Positions 52,244 to 64,000 of a DNA stretch of 64,000 nucleotides are shown here, piece by piece (position 1 is the stretch's first letter; each line of letters opens with the position of its first letter). The stretch comes from Octopus sinensis (lineage: Eukaryota). The DNA lies in NCBI RefSeq assembly GCF_006345805.1, contig NC_043004.1, positions 39,804,001 through 39,868,000 of the forward strand. Direction: 5' to 3'. Both the position numbers and the translations under genes were made by a program. The notes under the pieces were generated by a model, which saw only the letters and a list, made by a program, of their open reading frames with translations, searched no databases and was not told the origin of the DNA.

Positions 52244-55200
52244 GGGACGGGTGGGAAATAGACCTAATTTTAACTAGAACGTGTATTTTACGAGCAAAAA
52301 TGATCTTAGCTGATTTCTAATTGTGTCGAGGTCGATTTTACCATTCTTCCTTTTGGAGTCGCTGAAATAAGTACCAGTTGAACAATGGAGTGGATGAAAG
52401 CGAGTAGCCCCTTCACTCCAAATTTCAGGGATCGTACCTTTAGTAGAAAGGATTATCTGATGGAATCGTTTAGTGTGCCGGGCAAAATACTTACCGACAT
52501 TTCAACCGTCTTTATGTTCTGAGTTCAAATTCCGCCGACGTCAACTTCACCTTTCATCCTTGAAGTTAAATCTGAATGATCATATGAAAATGTCTCAAGA
52601 AGATATTATTGGCAGCAATAAAAGAAACATGCAGAAGCTCTGTTTCAAAGGCCGACTCTGCCTTTCATCTTTTCGGGTTGGATAAAATAAGTACCAGTCG
52701 ACTTACCCACTACCACAAAATCTGAGGCCGTGTGCCCTATCTTTTACTTGTTTCACTCATTGGACTGCGGCCATGCTGGGGCACCGCCTTGAAGACTTAG
52801 TGGAACGAACCCACCCCAGTAGTTAGTTTTGTTTTGTTTTGTTTTGTTTTGTTTTATGACTGGTACTTATTCTATCGGTCTCTTTTGCCCGACCACGGCG
52901 TAAACACACCAACACACGTTGTCAAGCGATGGCGGGACACACAGACTTGCCCAAGTGCCACGCAGTGGAACTGAACCCGGAACCATGCTTCTTACCTCAG
53001 TTTGTTTTAGTTTCCGTTCACCAAATCCACTCACAAGGCTTTGGTTGGGTTGGGGCTAAAGTAGAAGACAGTTACCCAAGGTGCTGTGTGTGTGTGTGTG
53101 TGTGTGTTGTGTGTGTGTGTGTTGTGTGTGTGTGTGTGCGGTGTGTGTGTGTGTGTGTGTGTGTATTCCTCCCGCCACTTGACAATCAGTGTCACTTCAT
53201 TTACGTGCCATTACTTAATGGTTCAGCAAAAGAGCATTAGTGCCAAACTCAGGGGTAGGCGATTTGTTCGACTAAACCAAGGGTTCCCAAATATTTATTA
53301 CCTATGGACCCCTTTGATTGCTATTTTATTCTACTGGATACTCCCCTCCACACACACACACACACACTAGCCATTCGCTCTTTAAAAACTAGTTTTATAA
53401 ATGCTTCTTTTAAAATTCCTATTTCGTTTTTATATATTCCATCGTGTAAGTTGAACTATGAAAGAAACCAAGCCATTTCTTGCAATACATACCAATACAT
53501 GCATCTAAAGATCTCACTAAACTCTTCAAGGCATTACCCCAGCATGGCCGCAGTCCAATGACTGAAACAAGGAAAAGATAGAAAAGAAAGACCAAGGAGT
53601 AAATGACCTGAAGCCGACTGAAGGTTACAACGATCGGAATGTAGCCTCGAAAATGTAAATATTGTAAAATGTTCTGAATGAGGTTATTAATCGAACAAAC
53701 GATAATCAAATTTGCAATTATACATTTCAGACATTTCAGACATTTGGTGTTCAATTAACAATTATTATGTCTAATTGTGAAATCATTTATAATGCCGGCG
53801 ACATCCTCCTGGTTTGTGGTTTGTTTTCAAACATATGATTTATATGTCTCTGTTTAATTTCTGACGTCGTACTTTATAGATGTCTGTACACAGTTCATTA
53901 TATAGAACTGCACATTTCATTATGTTAGTTACTAAACTTTGTTACTAAACTTTCTTGCTGAACTTTCTTACTTAGAAGTGCTAAGTTTAGTGCTCTTTTT
54001 TCTTGTGTTGTGTTGTTGCTATTTTAATTAAAGGCCGCAAAATAGCAAGAATCGTTTGCCCGTCAGTTAAAATGCCCTAAATCGCATCTTCCTTCCCTTT
54101 ACTTTCTGAGTTCAAACAGCACCGAGGTGGACTTTGTTTTCCAACTGTAGCGGCACAAGCAGCCAGCGCCACATTGGGTGAGATCCGAGACTGGAGCGAG
54201 ACCTCACCTGCATCCTTTTGCCATGTGCAAGATCACAACGAGGCTCGCGATGGAAACTATATAAACAGGAAACCGATTCAAATCTGCCCCTTTCAGTGCC
54301 ATCATCCACAGCAACACTGGCTGAGATTTTCTGCCTGTGTATCTCCAGAGGCAATGCACCCACACTATCAGAGCTTAAGATGGTAGCTGAGAGCTGCACA
54401 CTTCACCTTTCCTGTAAATGAACCAGTTGTAAATAGCAGTTGTACCTGAAGTCTTTTATCTTCGTCTGCCGAAAGCCTGAACTACTTGAAAAACAAAAGA
54501 AGATGATGAAAGGAAACGATATTCCCCCGATATCGTAAACCTTGCCTTCCATTATCAAACATCTTTTTGATGCTGATAAAATAAGAACCAATTTCACACT
54601 GGAGATCGATTTAATTTACTAGCCCTGTCCTCTAAAAGTTTAGGCATTGTGCCTATAGTAGACAGCTTGAAAAGGCCGGTGAGCTGTTGGAATCATTAAC
54701 AAAGCGAGACAAATTGCTTAGCAACATTTCTTCCAGCATTACTTTCTGAATTCAAATTCTGCCTGGGCCAACTTTACCTTTCGCCTGTTGGAATCGGCAA
54801 AATAAGAAGCAGTTGTTACACATTCATATCTATGTGTATACGTAGGTATACGTGTGTAGAATACATCCCCACTTTTGGCACTATTTTGTTAGTAAACAGT
54901 ACGAACTATGTCTAAAGTATATATGTATTACTACGCTGAATGTTGACAGTTCGTGTAACAAATAAAGTAAATAAACACGTAAAGCAATAACAATGCCTTC
55001 ATTTGAGTTGTCTATCATCCATCGAGAACGAAACTACACATAACAGCAGTTAAATACTGGGATCAGTGTAATTGATTAGCCTCCCTCTCCAAAAATTTCC
55101 GCCTTTATGTTTATAGAGTAGAAAGGACTACAAAAGGCGACAAGCAGGCAAAAGTGTTTGAGCGTCGGAAAAGTACCTTAGAGCAGTGCTTCTCAATCTA

Positions 55201-56619
55201 TCTGATGTGGCATAAGGCGGTTTTTCTTGCGCAATGTGCCAGGGACAGGTAATATTTCTTAGTAATATTAATTTATACCGGAAACAATATATATCGTCTC
55301 AAAAGAGACCGATAGAATAAGTACTAGGCTTACAAAGAATAAGTCCTGGGGTCAATTTGCTCGACTAAAGGCGGTGCTCCAGCATGGCCGCAGTCAAAAT
55401 GACTGAAACAAATAAAAGAGTAAAAGAATAAAGAGTATACGAAGTTGGCGACCTCAGCGAAACCGTTTATAATATCTTCTTGAGACATTTTCGTGTGATC
55501 ATTCGGACTTAACTTCATTAAAAAGACGAAAGGATGAACGGTGAAGTTGACGTCGGCTGAATTTGAACTCAGAATGTAAAGACGGTTGAAATGTCGGTAA
55601 GTATTTTGCCCGGCAAAATTCCATGAGATAATCCTTTCTACTAAAGGTATGATGCCTGAAATTTGGAGTCAAGGGTCTACTCGCTTTCATCCACTCCAGC
55701 GTTCAACTGGTACTTATTTCAGCGATTCCAAAAGGAAGAATGGTAAAATCGACCTCGACACAATTAGAAATCAGAATGTAATAAGCTAGAAGAAATGCCG
55801 CTAAATCGTCTTTAAATCACACACTATCTTTCAAATAAAGGAGGTTACTTCGGAGAGTTTATTCCCTTGTAACGGTTTGTTGTTAAGGTGTTGGCTGCCA
55901 GTATGCAAGATGAAAGAAGAACAGTGATTAAAATTGTAAAGAGGCTTTTATTTACCTTTACTTCGTATATATCCAAAACTACGACGGGTTGGTATGTATA
56001 ATTAGTAAATAGAAAAGCATGCGAGACAAAAAGAGTTAATTTCGGCTGGGGTGTGTACACAATCTCATAGTAGTATACAGAGAGAGAGAGAGAGAGAGAT
56101 GGTAATGTTACAGAGAAAAGGAAGTAAGTTAGTGACAGTGTGAGTGGTGGGACGAAACAACTGCTTCGTTGGTGAGTTACCGTAGTTGTTCCTTTGTGCT
56201 TTTTCCTTTTGAGACGGCGTTTAGTTCATCCGATCAGCCAAACTCCGTTCTCACTAATCTTCTGTATATATGATTATCGCAAGATCGCGAGAAAGTGAGA
56301 CATACCGTTATCCAAACAATGGGTATTTTGAGAGGTCTATTGTTCTGTCAATTTAACTCTCCATCACATGCAAAAAGGTTAGCTGAGGTCAAGCGGCAAA
56401 GTCATAAATCAGCTTAGGGAAGACATCTGTTGAATGTCACTCTTGTCAAATTAATGTTTCTCTATGGGAAAAATCCGTTGTACTGTTAAGTGAAATTTGG
56501 CGATTGAGGATCGAATCCACGCTATGCCTGCAAGAAGTTCACTACACCCTGGTATAAAAAGAAAAGAAGATCCAGGATGTTCATGGCTGGAAATCTTTCG
56601 GTTATAGGTTTGTTGATTC

Positions 56620-57010
56620 AGGTTAACCAGGGGCTAAACAAAAGCAGCAGCAACTTGGAAAGAGAAACAGAGATGTGGAATATTAGAACAAGAATTAACC
56701 GTTTGTTGTAAGAAAAGACATGATATGGAGATCTTGTATAATTATTGATGTGGCTTACCCAGCAGACAATAACATCTCGGTAAATGAGGTTGCAAAATGA
56801 AAACAATTTCTATAAATACAAAGAGCTGGAAATAGAAATATTGAAAAATCTGAAATATGGACGTACATATGAACATTTCCAGTAGTCATGGGAGCATTTG
56901 AAGCAGTGAAGCGTGATACAAAGCTGAAAATCGAAGAACTGTCTGGTAAACGTTTTGTCTGTGATTTTTAGAAGCAGTTCTCTTAGGAAGCATACATATT
57001 TCATTAAAAA
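56620..57010 (+). pseudogene. Restriction-like endonuclease relic of an R4/Dong-type non-LTR retrotransposon
   Basis: Broken frames give PFVVRKD..RSCIIIDVAYPADNNISVNE..K, KYKELEIEI, FPVVMGAF..VK, LLGS. Confidence 0.75.
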
Positions 57011-57559
57011 AATATATTATCAATAATTGGTAAAAATAAAAAAACTGGCCTATAATCATAAATCTACCCAGAGTTACCTAATAGATTTGATCGGGTGTAG
57101 AGTGTGTGTACTCTAAATATAGTAAGATGATAACAACAACGAGGAGAAAGAGGAGGAAGAGGGCGGGAGAGAGGACCCTTTCTGCATTTGCCACAAGAGT
57201 GACGTATGAAAAGGGCATTACAAGAACAAATTACAAGAAAAAATGTCGAAATGGAGACGATTTACATAAAAGCGATGAGATCTCCATGAGGACAAATCTT
57301 TCTATTTTTATAGTAATGAAACACATCAATATATAAAGAAATAAAGGATCCGAATAGATAAATGCCTACCCAAAGTAAATCAGGGAATTCCACTTATCCT
57401 AATTACCGTCAAGATGTCATTTTCTGGTCCAAATACTCCCTAATTCCAGCTATCTTTCAACCTTACAACAAATTTGCAGTAAAGCAGCATCTCTCCCTAC
57501 CAACCGACATCTTCTTCTGCAAGTACAACTCCAAAAAGGCAATAAGCATTTAGTCGAAG

Positions 57560-58130
57560 GTTAAAGAGTGACCATCACCACAAAAAAAAAAATTTTCTTC
57601 TGTCATAGCCACCAGACAATGGAAAACTTCATGACCTCTTTGGCCAGGAAGGCATTGATGTGACTCACACAACACATATGACTGATAGTGAAATCCGTGC
57701 TTTGTACTACATCTATTCAACATAACTGCGTATAAGTCAGCAATGCTCAGGTTCCAAACGAGTGGATTCAGAATAGTTCCATTGCTGTCTACACAGCAGG
57801 TTCAGCTGACAACACTTCTGTGCTTGCAATGTTCTACATATAACACTGTCAGGCCAGGGATTTCTGGAAGTTGCCCATTGTTTCTGGGTTGAAAGTCCTC
57901 TAGAATAGCCTGAAGAGTTGATCTTCGCCATTGCCTTTATATTGCAAAATATGCACCACCAATGAAATGTCTTGTTTTGTAAGTCAGGATCGGGTCCAAT
58001 TCAAAGACTTATAACCCTCTAGATTTCTATCCAGGTAACATAGCCTGTAGATTAAAATGACACCAGAGTGGACTCCACATATTTAGTGTCAGGGATTGAT
58101 ATAAACCACAGGGAACATCACGGCTAGAAA
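57560..58130 (-). pseudogene. Possible degraded CR1/Crack-type LINE 3' relic
   Basis: Weak similarity (TLQ..KCC.LNLL; SH..V.HINAF..W). Confidence 0.3.
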
Positions 58131-58531
58131 ACTCTTTCCTTCGTATACCAGGAGACTACCGTTTATAAGTGTGGCCAGCTCCTATCATGCAAAGTTAACG
58201 AAGGCACACAAGGGAAATAACTATCTGCCAATGAAGAACTGAAGCAGGATGCGAACTCATGGCGGATTTCAAGTGACAATATGGAAGCGGCTTGATCATG
58301 TGTTCAGCCGAGTTATTGTCCGATCAAAAACCCAGACATCTCAGAAAAAAATTATTCTGGAAGACCCTGAAACCTTTCCCTCCAACGGTTATCAATAGAG
58401 TTAATCTAGGCACCAATTCGTAGAGTGTTACAGACATAAGGCCTGATGACTGTCTCTACTTAAGCCAAGTCGTTTTAACGACTGCATGATTAAACTGATA
58501 TGAAATTTTGATGACATACATGAAGCGGCGC

Positions 58532-58587
<56 letters not shown>

Positions 58588-58605
58588 GTATATATATATT
58601 ATATA

Positions 58606-58648
<43 letters not shown>

Positions 58649-58719
58649 TATATATATACATATATATACATATATATACATTCATGTATATATATATATA
58701 TATAATATATATATATATA

Positions 58720-58818
<99 letters not shown>

Positions 58819-59042
58819 TCCTGGCGTTTTTTCCAGTCCCAATGGGGAATTCTGACATCCAGCTATTTTGCATGTTATATTATATTTCTTTCATCTTGCT
58901 GAACTCTGTGTATATTTGCAATGCACGACCAACTTCATATGATTTGTGCAACGATAATAAATTATATTTAAATGTTTGCTTAGTGTTATTAAATTATCAT
59001 GCACAGCCATCTGGAAACTAACCAATAACTCATTCCAGCAAC

Positions 59043-59609
59043 GTTGGTACGATACACACACACGCATACACAAGCAACGGAACCACAGAACAAGCCAGAA
59101 TGTCACCGACAAATGCGCTGCACTATGGTCAAAATCTTAAGCGTTTCATTTAGTAGTGTTAAAAACCAGATATTATTATGTATGATGTTCACTTCGTTTT
59201 TCAGCATGACCACCACTCCCTAGCTAACACCACTGAGAATATTCCGAAATAAGCTTTTAGTTGTGATAGATGCTTGCTAAGAGTGGAGCAAATAGGCTTG
59301 ATATGTAGCTCTAAAACTCCTAGGGCAGACCATCGAAATCAGGTGATTTGACTTTCACAACATCACTCATCACCAACTGTATCTCAGCTGCCATTATCGT
59401 TTTTTATTCTTTCTCTTTCACGCTTCTTTTTTTTTTTTTTCGCAATACTTCGCCTTTTGCCTCAAGAAGAATCAACACTACTAAATGAAACGCTTAAGAT
59501 TTTGGCCATAGTGCAGTGCATTTGGCGGTGACATTCTGGCTTGTTCTGTGGTTCCGTTGCTCGTGTATGTGTATCGTACCAACTTCGCCTTTTGCCTCAA
59601 GAAGAATCA
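59043..59609. repeat. ~110-bp inverted duplication whose second copy is flanked by a 28-bp direct repeat
   Basis: 59043-59160 vs 59475-59583; ACTTCGCCTTTTGCCTCAAGAAGAATCA at 59447-59474 and 59582-59609. Confidence 0.9.
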
Positions 59610-60354
59610 GCAGAAGAGCGTTACAGAAGAGTAAGTTCTTTAATCCTCTACCAGCAGTCGCACACAACTTCTAACCAGAAAGGTAAAATTCTGTTGGGAA
59701 ACTGCACACATCTGCCGGGAAGAGAATAGCCTGCACCCGTAATGATCCAACGAACGGCGTTTGCTTCCTTGTGTTCAAGAGCACTCTAATTTTAGTATAC
59801 CCTGTCTCTTCTCCTTATTCATACTAATGGGTTCGCATGCACACACATATACATACATGGAATCCTCTTACAAATGTATACATATCTATATATGTCCAAA
59901 ATTCCATTCATAACTCATTGGTCAAGTCTGAAGATATAATCAAAGACACTTGGTCATGTTGACATATAGTGGAATCGAAACCCAAAACCATATAATTGCA
60001 AAGCAACTTTCTTAACCACGCAGCCTAGCCTGCAGACAGATCGATCCCCTGGATATCGATTGTTTGTGCTTTGTGCTTTTAACTTTTCAAATTTAGCAAT
60101 AACTGTCTCAATCAAATCTCAGTTTTGTTGTACTTACTTTCACATGCATCAATACCTTCAGTTGGTACTTGAAACAAATCATTGCAAACTTATCGATCAG
60201 GAGACATTTTAGTTATGCTTGGGTATTCTTAGGTATTCTTGGGCACTCTCGATTGACGGTCTGGCTCTGAGGGATGAATTATCGATGCACAATACTGCGG
60301 ATGTCAGAAAAAACGATGAATATGCTCTCATGCTTGAGCTGCGACTCTGTCGTA

Positions 60355-60699
60355 CTTTTTGAAGCACCAATGCCACTCGAAACATTGAGTACAACCCATT
60401 GACTCATCACTGCAAGCTTACCGGAGCATGCTCAATGTCTCTGTAGCAGACTTCCCAAGTTTAACACAAAATTTCACATTGGCCCTTTGTTCCAAACTTC
60501 CTGTCCATAACAAAAATCGTAGACTACAGCATACATGTGATCACAAAAACACAAATTCCACAACTTGTGAAGTAAACACAGTGATGTCTACACTGCCTCA
60601 TGAAGGTCACTACTAGCTTTCACTGTGCACGCAACCGTGTGCTGCCATCTGTTGGCACGCTACAGAACTAGTCCAGGAAAGTTTTGATACCACTTCTTA
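60355..60699 (-). pseudogene. Mariner 5' fragment (TIR + transposase N-terminus)
   Basis: TIR-like TAAGAAGTGGTATCAAAACTTTCCTGGACT; after an early frameshift EQRANVKFCVKLGKSATETLSMLR...QCFEWH. Confidence 0.8.
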
Positions 60700-61264
60700 T
60701 CTTACTCTAAAACAATCTAGTACGCACATCAGTGAAATCAGGAACAGCACTATAAAATTGACTGGTGTTTTGTAAACTTGCAGTTCTTGGTTCAACTTCT
60801 CAAGTGGATGTAGTTGGGAACAGATGGATCAAAATAAGTAGACTTGATTAATATACACAACATGAACATGAAACCTACAAAGGTTTGTGAAGAGATGCTA
60901 AAGAAGCCCAAGTTTGGGTTTGTGCCAGAATGTGGGTTCACCACGTCTTTCCCCAGTAGTTCCACCTCTTAAAGACAACAGCAAACCCATCTACCTGGTT
61001 TTGTTGATACAAACAAAGTTTTTGACAGAGTACCATTCTTAATAAATAAGTAGTCCCCAGCAAACAAGAGTTAGTGGCATGGCTGGTGATAGTCGTGCAA
61101 GTCAATAAAGTGAGCCAGCAACGAAATTAACAAGGCCGCTGGAAATTCTACATGTCGACGATCTAGCTCTCAAAATTAAATCAGTTGAAGAGGAAAGAGA
61201 AAACATCCTGTGCAATGAGGTCTAAAATGCATCTCCATCTTTCCTTTAACTTGAAAATACCCTC

Positions 61265-61465
61265 TTACAAGAAATGAGGTGGTTTCATGGCAAAGAATTG
61301 ATCAAGGTATCTTTTTATGTCATCCAAGGAATTGAAATTTTTACCATTAAAACTATTCTGCAGAGACCTGAATGAGTGGAAATCTGAAGGAGCAACATCT
61401 GGTGAATATGGAGGGTGGGGTAACACATCCCAGCCGAGCAGCAGCAATTTTTGTCTGGTTCCCAA
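61265..61465 (-). pseudogene. Mariner transposase C-terminal fragment
   Basis: LGWDVLPHPPYSPDVAPSDFHSFRSLQN contains the YSPDLAPSD motif. Confidence 0.9.
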
Positions 61466-61651
61466 AGCGTCAAGTACCGAAAATGAACTTTCTTATCTTC
61501 CATTTTAAAGGGTTATAGAATTAACACAGGTTATAGGACCATAAACCTTCTTCCACAAAAAGACAGCTTAAACTGTGCTCTAAATGGAGGTGTAGTCAAA
61601 TCCTATTTTATGGACTTAACCATGTTCTAAAAGAAGTCGAAAGGTAAGCTA

Positions 61652-62010
61652 CTATAAATCGGCACAAACTTTCCGGACAACCCAATAGTTAGCAGTAAGA
61701 TAATCCGAAGAAACGAATTCATTCAACGGCTCAGAAGGTTCATTCGAAGTATTTGGACAGTCTACGTGTGAGTTCTGACATTCTTTACAATCCACTATGA
61801 AAATGAATTGCTTTCTGTGAGTGGCGTCCCCATGTATTCTAAAAAATTTGAACCGTTTGTGAACAGATGCCACTGATAATCCCAGTAGGTTGCTCATGTC
61901 CAAATTTTGCATGTCAACCGCTTTCACTTGATAGTTCGCCTCTGAGAGTCTGTGAACGATTCTGTCTTATCAGTTGGGACATTTTGTCGAGGGTTTGTCA
62001 TTTTAAATGG
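61652..62010 (-). pseudogene. Possible Tc1/IS630-like HTH relic
   Basis: MSNLLGLSVASVHKRFKFFRIHGD resembles Tc1 N-terminal HTH; weak. Confidence 0.3.
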
Positions 62011-62655
62011 AGTCACAGTAACTGCCAGTGTTTTTATATAATGGAAACTGCCTTCTTAGAAGGACTGCGATTCAGATACAAAACGATGTCTCTGTATCAA
62101 TGCCACAACCACCACCACCACCACCACACGAAACGGAACAATGCGGATGTTTTGTAGGTTACAAGCTCTGTTGCCTCCTCATCAACCAGCATAATACGAT
62201 CGATCATACTGTGGACTCATCTGAAATCATTTCCATAATTTTTTGCTTGTGATTCTAAACTTATTGAGTTGTGGAATTCAAGACAGAAGACTTTTGAGAA
62301 AATATTCTAAATATAGGTATTATTATCAGGCAAATCTTTAAAACCTTCTAAGTTTGCTCCTTTATATTATTGTAAGTATTGATTATCAATTTTGTTTGTA
62401 AACTTTAAAAAGTCTACTCAAATTCTAAACTTATGGCAGTGATACACACACACACACATATCTATATCATCATCATCATTTAAAGTCCGCCTTCTATGCT
62501 GGCATGGGTTGCACAGTTTGACAAGATCCTGCACCAGACTTCTGTGTCTGTATTGGTAGGGTTTTACAGCTGGATGGCCTTCCTAGCACCAACCTCTCAG
62601 CAGAGTGAACAGAGTGCCTTTTACATGGCACAAACATAGGCAAGGCCATATATAT

Positions 62656-62805
62656 ATATATAAGAATTTTTTGCGTAATAAGATAAAAAAACAGGGCTGT
62701 ATAGATAGAGCATTTATAGATAGAAGCTGTAAGACCTTTTATCTATAAATGCTCTATCTATACAGTCTTGGTTTTTTATCTTATTACACAAAAAATTCTT
62801 ATATA
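62656..62805. mobile_element. TA-flanked hairpin MITE (~70-bp arms, 9-nt loop)
   Basis: 62656-62726 vs 62736-62805. Confidence 0.8.
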
Positions 62806-63004
62806 CACACACTGATATAGAACCAACATTGAACCCTTTATTTGCAATATTACCGAATCTGGAACTTAACTATGGTCTGTCTATAGCACTTATTCAGCAT
62901 TATCTGACACCTTTGGGTCTCAATGACACCATCATCTCTTATAACCTCAACTTCTCGCTATTATATATATATATATATATATACATATATATATTTGATG
63001 AGGA

Positions 63005-63333
63005 GGCAACACGTGCCACCGTGTCGGTAGCACGTAAAAAGCACCATCCGAATCGTGGCCGAAGCCAGTGCCGCCTCGACTGGCTTCCGTGCAGGTGGCA
63101 CGTAAAATGCACCAATCCGACCGTGGCCGATGCCAGCCTCGCCTGGCTCCAGTGCAGGTGGCACGTAAAAAGCACCCACTACACTCACGGAGTGATTGGC
63201 GTTAGGAAGGGCATCCAGCTGTAGAAACATTGCCAGATAAGACCGGAGCCTGGTGCAGCCTTCTGGCTTCCCAGATCCCCGGTCGAACCGTCCAGCCCAT
63301 GCTAGCATGGAGAACGGACGTTAAACGATGATG
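63005..63333 (+). mobile_element. Retroposon 3' end with (GAT)n tail and three GGCACGTAAAA sub-repeats (RTE-like)
   Basis: AGGAAGGGCATCCAGCTGTAGAAAC...GGACGTTAAACGATGATGAT; older reverse copy at ~62468-62640. Confidence 0.7.
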
Positions 63334-64000
63334 ATATATATATATTATATATATATATATATGTGAGTGTGTGTGTGTGAAAATTCATTTAAGCATACAC
63401 ATACATACAAACACATGCACGCACACACACACACTGTCTTGCTGTATATTTTTAGCCCTTGCCATAATCTGAAGAGCTCTGGCCTGCCTTCGGTGAAAAA
63501 AGCTAATTTCTTTTTTATTCTAAAATAGTGCTAGGTTTCTTATTCAATTCAACCCTATCGTTGTTTCTGCCAACTGACCCCTATTCAGATCCCTATTAAC
63601 ATTTATCAGAATATGCTTTTATAAACATCAAAACACAACAAGACAATTAATACGTAAAACAGATTTTTTTCTATGTAGATCTTTTGTTAACTTTTGTTTT
63701 ATTTAGTTCCTTTTTCTGATTTTTTTTGTTTTAATTGTGAAACATTTTGTTTTTACAGATTTCAAAATCCAAAGCAGCATTACATAATGATGAATAAGAA
63801 TAAATGAAAAGATGATGATAATTAGAGTAGTACTAATTACATTATTATTATAATCAGCGTAAAAGATTAAGAAACTTTCTCTATTGATATAGATATATGG
63901 ATATGTGAATACATACATATTAATATATGTATATATGAATGTATGTATATGTGTATGTATGTGTACACAGATGTATACATAGTTACATGCACATATGTAT

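Noticed and set aside
53608-53660. CTGA-AGGTTACA..TGTAGCCTC-GAAA hammerhead-like stem II
   Set aside because: Core is truncated and stems I and III cannot be formed.

Overview
AT-rich, microsatellite-saturated, repeat-dense eukaryotic non-coding DNA. The SINE families and (TA)n/(TATG)n/(GATA)n load suggest an octopus-type cephalopod genome (inference from recalled repeat families, not verified). I found no credible host protein-coding exon; nearly all long ORFs in the track are translated microsatellites. The window holds many tRNA-derived SINEs, a full-length but broken mariner (DD34D), relics of Tx1/L1, CR1-like, R4/Dong-type RLE and Penelope-like (GIY-YIG) retroelements, several MITE/fold-back elements and a 100-N gap. 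The stand-out is at 24.66-26.47 kb: a tandem array of ~491-bp units, each with a type I hammerhead ribozyme (8-bp stem I, CUGAUGA/GAAA core, GUA cleavage triplet, palindromic stem III loop, ~68-nt stem II). Each unit folds into many G-U-containing helices. The array has a 205-bp 5' inversion and sits in the centre of a microsatellite palindrome. This is the architecture of a non-LTR retrozyme predicted to yield ~491-nt circular RNAs. Several minimal or variant Penelope-type hammerheads lie elsewhere in the window. All folds and alignments were done by eye and need computational confirmation.
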